From: Stylophora pistillata
Lineage: Eukaryota
DNA: 64,000 nt
Reading direction: 5' to 3'
Assembly (NCBI RefSeq): GCF_002571385.2
Contig: NW_019217967.1
Coordinates: 462,560-526,559, forward strand
Shown: positions 63,423-64,000 of the stretch, piece after piece
Numbering within the stretch: position 1 is the first letter of the stretch
How the letters are laid out: each line of letters opens with the position of its first letter
Position numbers and translations under genes: made by a program
The notes under the pieces: generated by a model
Told to the model about the DNA's origin: nothing
Databases searched by the model: none
Seen by the model: the letters and a program-made list of their open reading frames with translations, nothing else

Positions 63423-64000
63423 GTAAGCAACATTTTTTTTTCAATGCAACTAGTAAATTGCCAAATTTAAGCAACACCTACCACCAGTAAGTTCCATTTC
63501 AGGTAGTTGCCAACTGTTGAAATAAATGTGTTTCATTTGTTCTGTTCATGTTGTACAGTCTAGTTAAAAATTTTCAATAGGTAATTTTTTTTTTAACTAG
63601 GTAAATATATTTTTGAACTTGGTATTTTTTTTAACCAGGTAATTTTACTCTTGCCTGGTTTCAGTCAACTGTCTGAAAAAGGCATTCATTTGTTGCTAGA
63701 CATTTTAATTTACCTAATCATTCTAAGCAACATATAGCAATCTGTGGTCTTTCCTTGCACTTAGGTAGCACGGAAAGCCTTAAAACTCTTGAACAAAAGC
63801 TCATCTTTCAAACCGGCAATCTAAATCCCATAGGTATCAAAGAACGCTTTTCATTCCACTAATTTATTTGTGTTTTTCTTGTTGCCATGTTCCCACCAAT
63901 CACATAGCTCCATTTTCTGCCTTTAAAAGTTCACACAACCCACAATTCTTCTATTCGCTCCGACAAAGGGCTAATGCTCAAAATGTCAGCTTTTGCAATC

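Overview
Intron-rich, AT-rich animal genomic DNA; gene content and repeat families suggest a cnidarian, probably a stony coral (inference). I reconstructed exons by hand from splice sites and reading frame. (1) A 5'-incomplete + strand gene encoding an unusual SH2 - ubiquitin-like - SH2 - ROC GTPase - COR - Death-domain protein (212-11140; one or more exons probably lost in an assembly break at 9354). (2) ABCF3 (12876-24587, +). (3) GOLIM4-like (26638-36671, -). (4) Three intronless FoxQ2 paralogues (38549-45795) with gene-conversion-like homogenisation of the forkhead box, a shared promoter module and a nonsense codon in one copy. (5) EXOC8 (47530-61379, -) with a U12-type intron, a probable GC-AG intron and five NPF motifs. 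(6) The first two exons of EXOSC10 (61487 onward, +), head-to-head with EXOC8 across only 107 bp. Introns carry Kolobok-like THAP elements, MITEs, a 5'-truncated RTE LINE, tRNA-derived SINEs, decayed hammerhead/Penelope-type palindromes and minisatellites. The SH2-UBL-SH2-ROCO-Death gene is the best candidate for an undescribed system.
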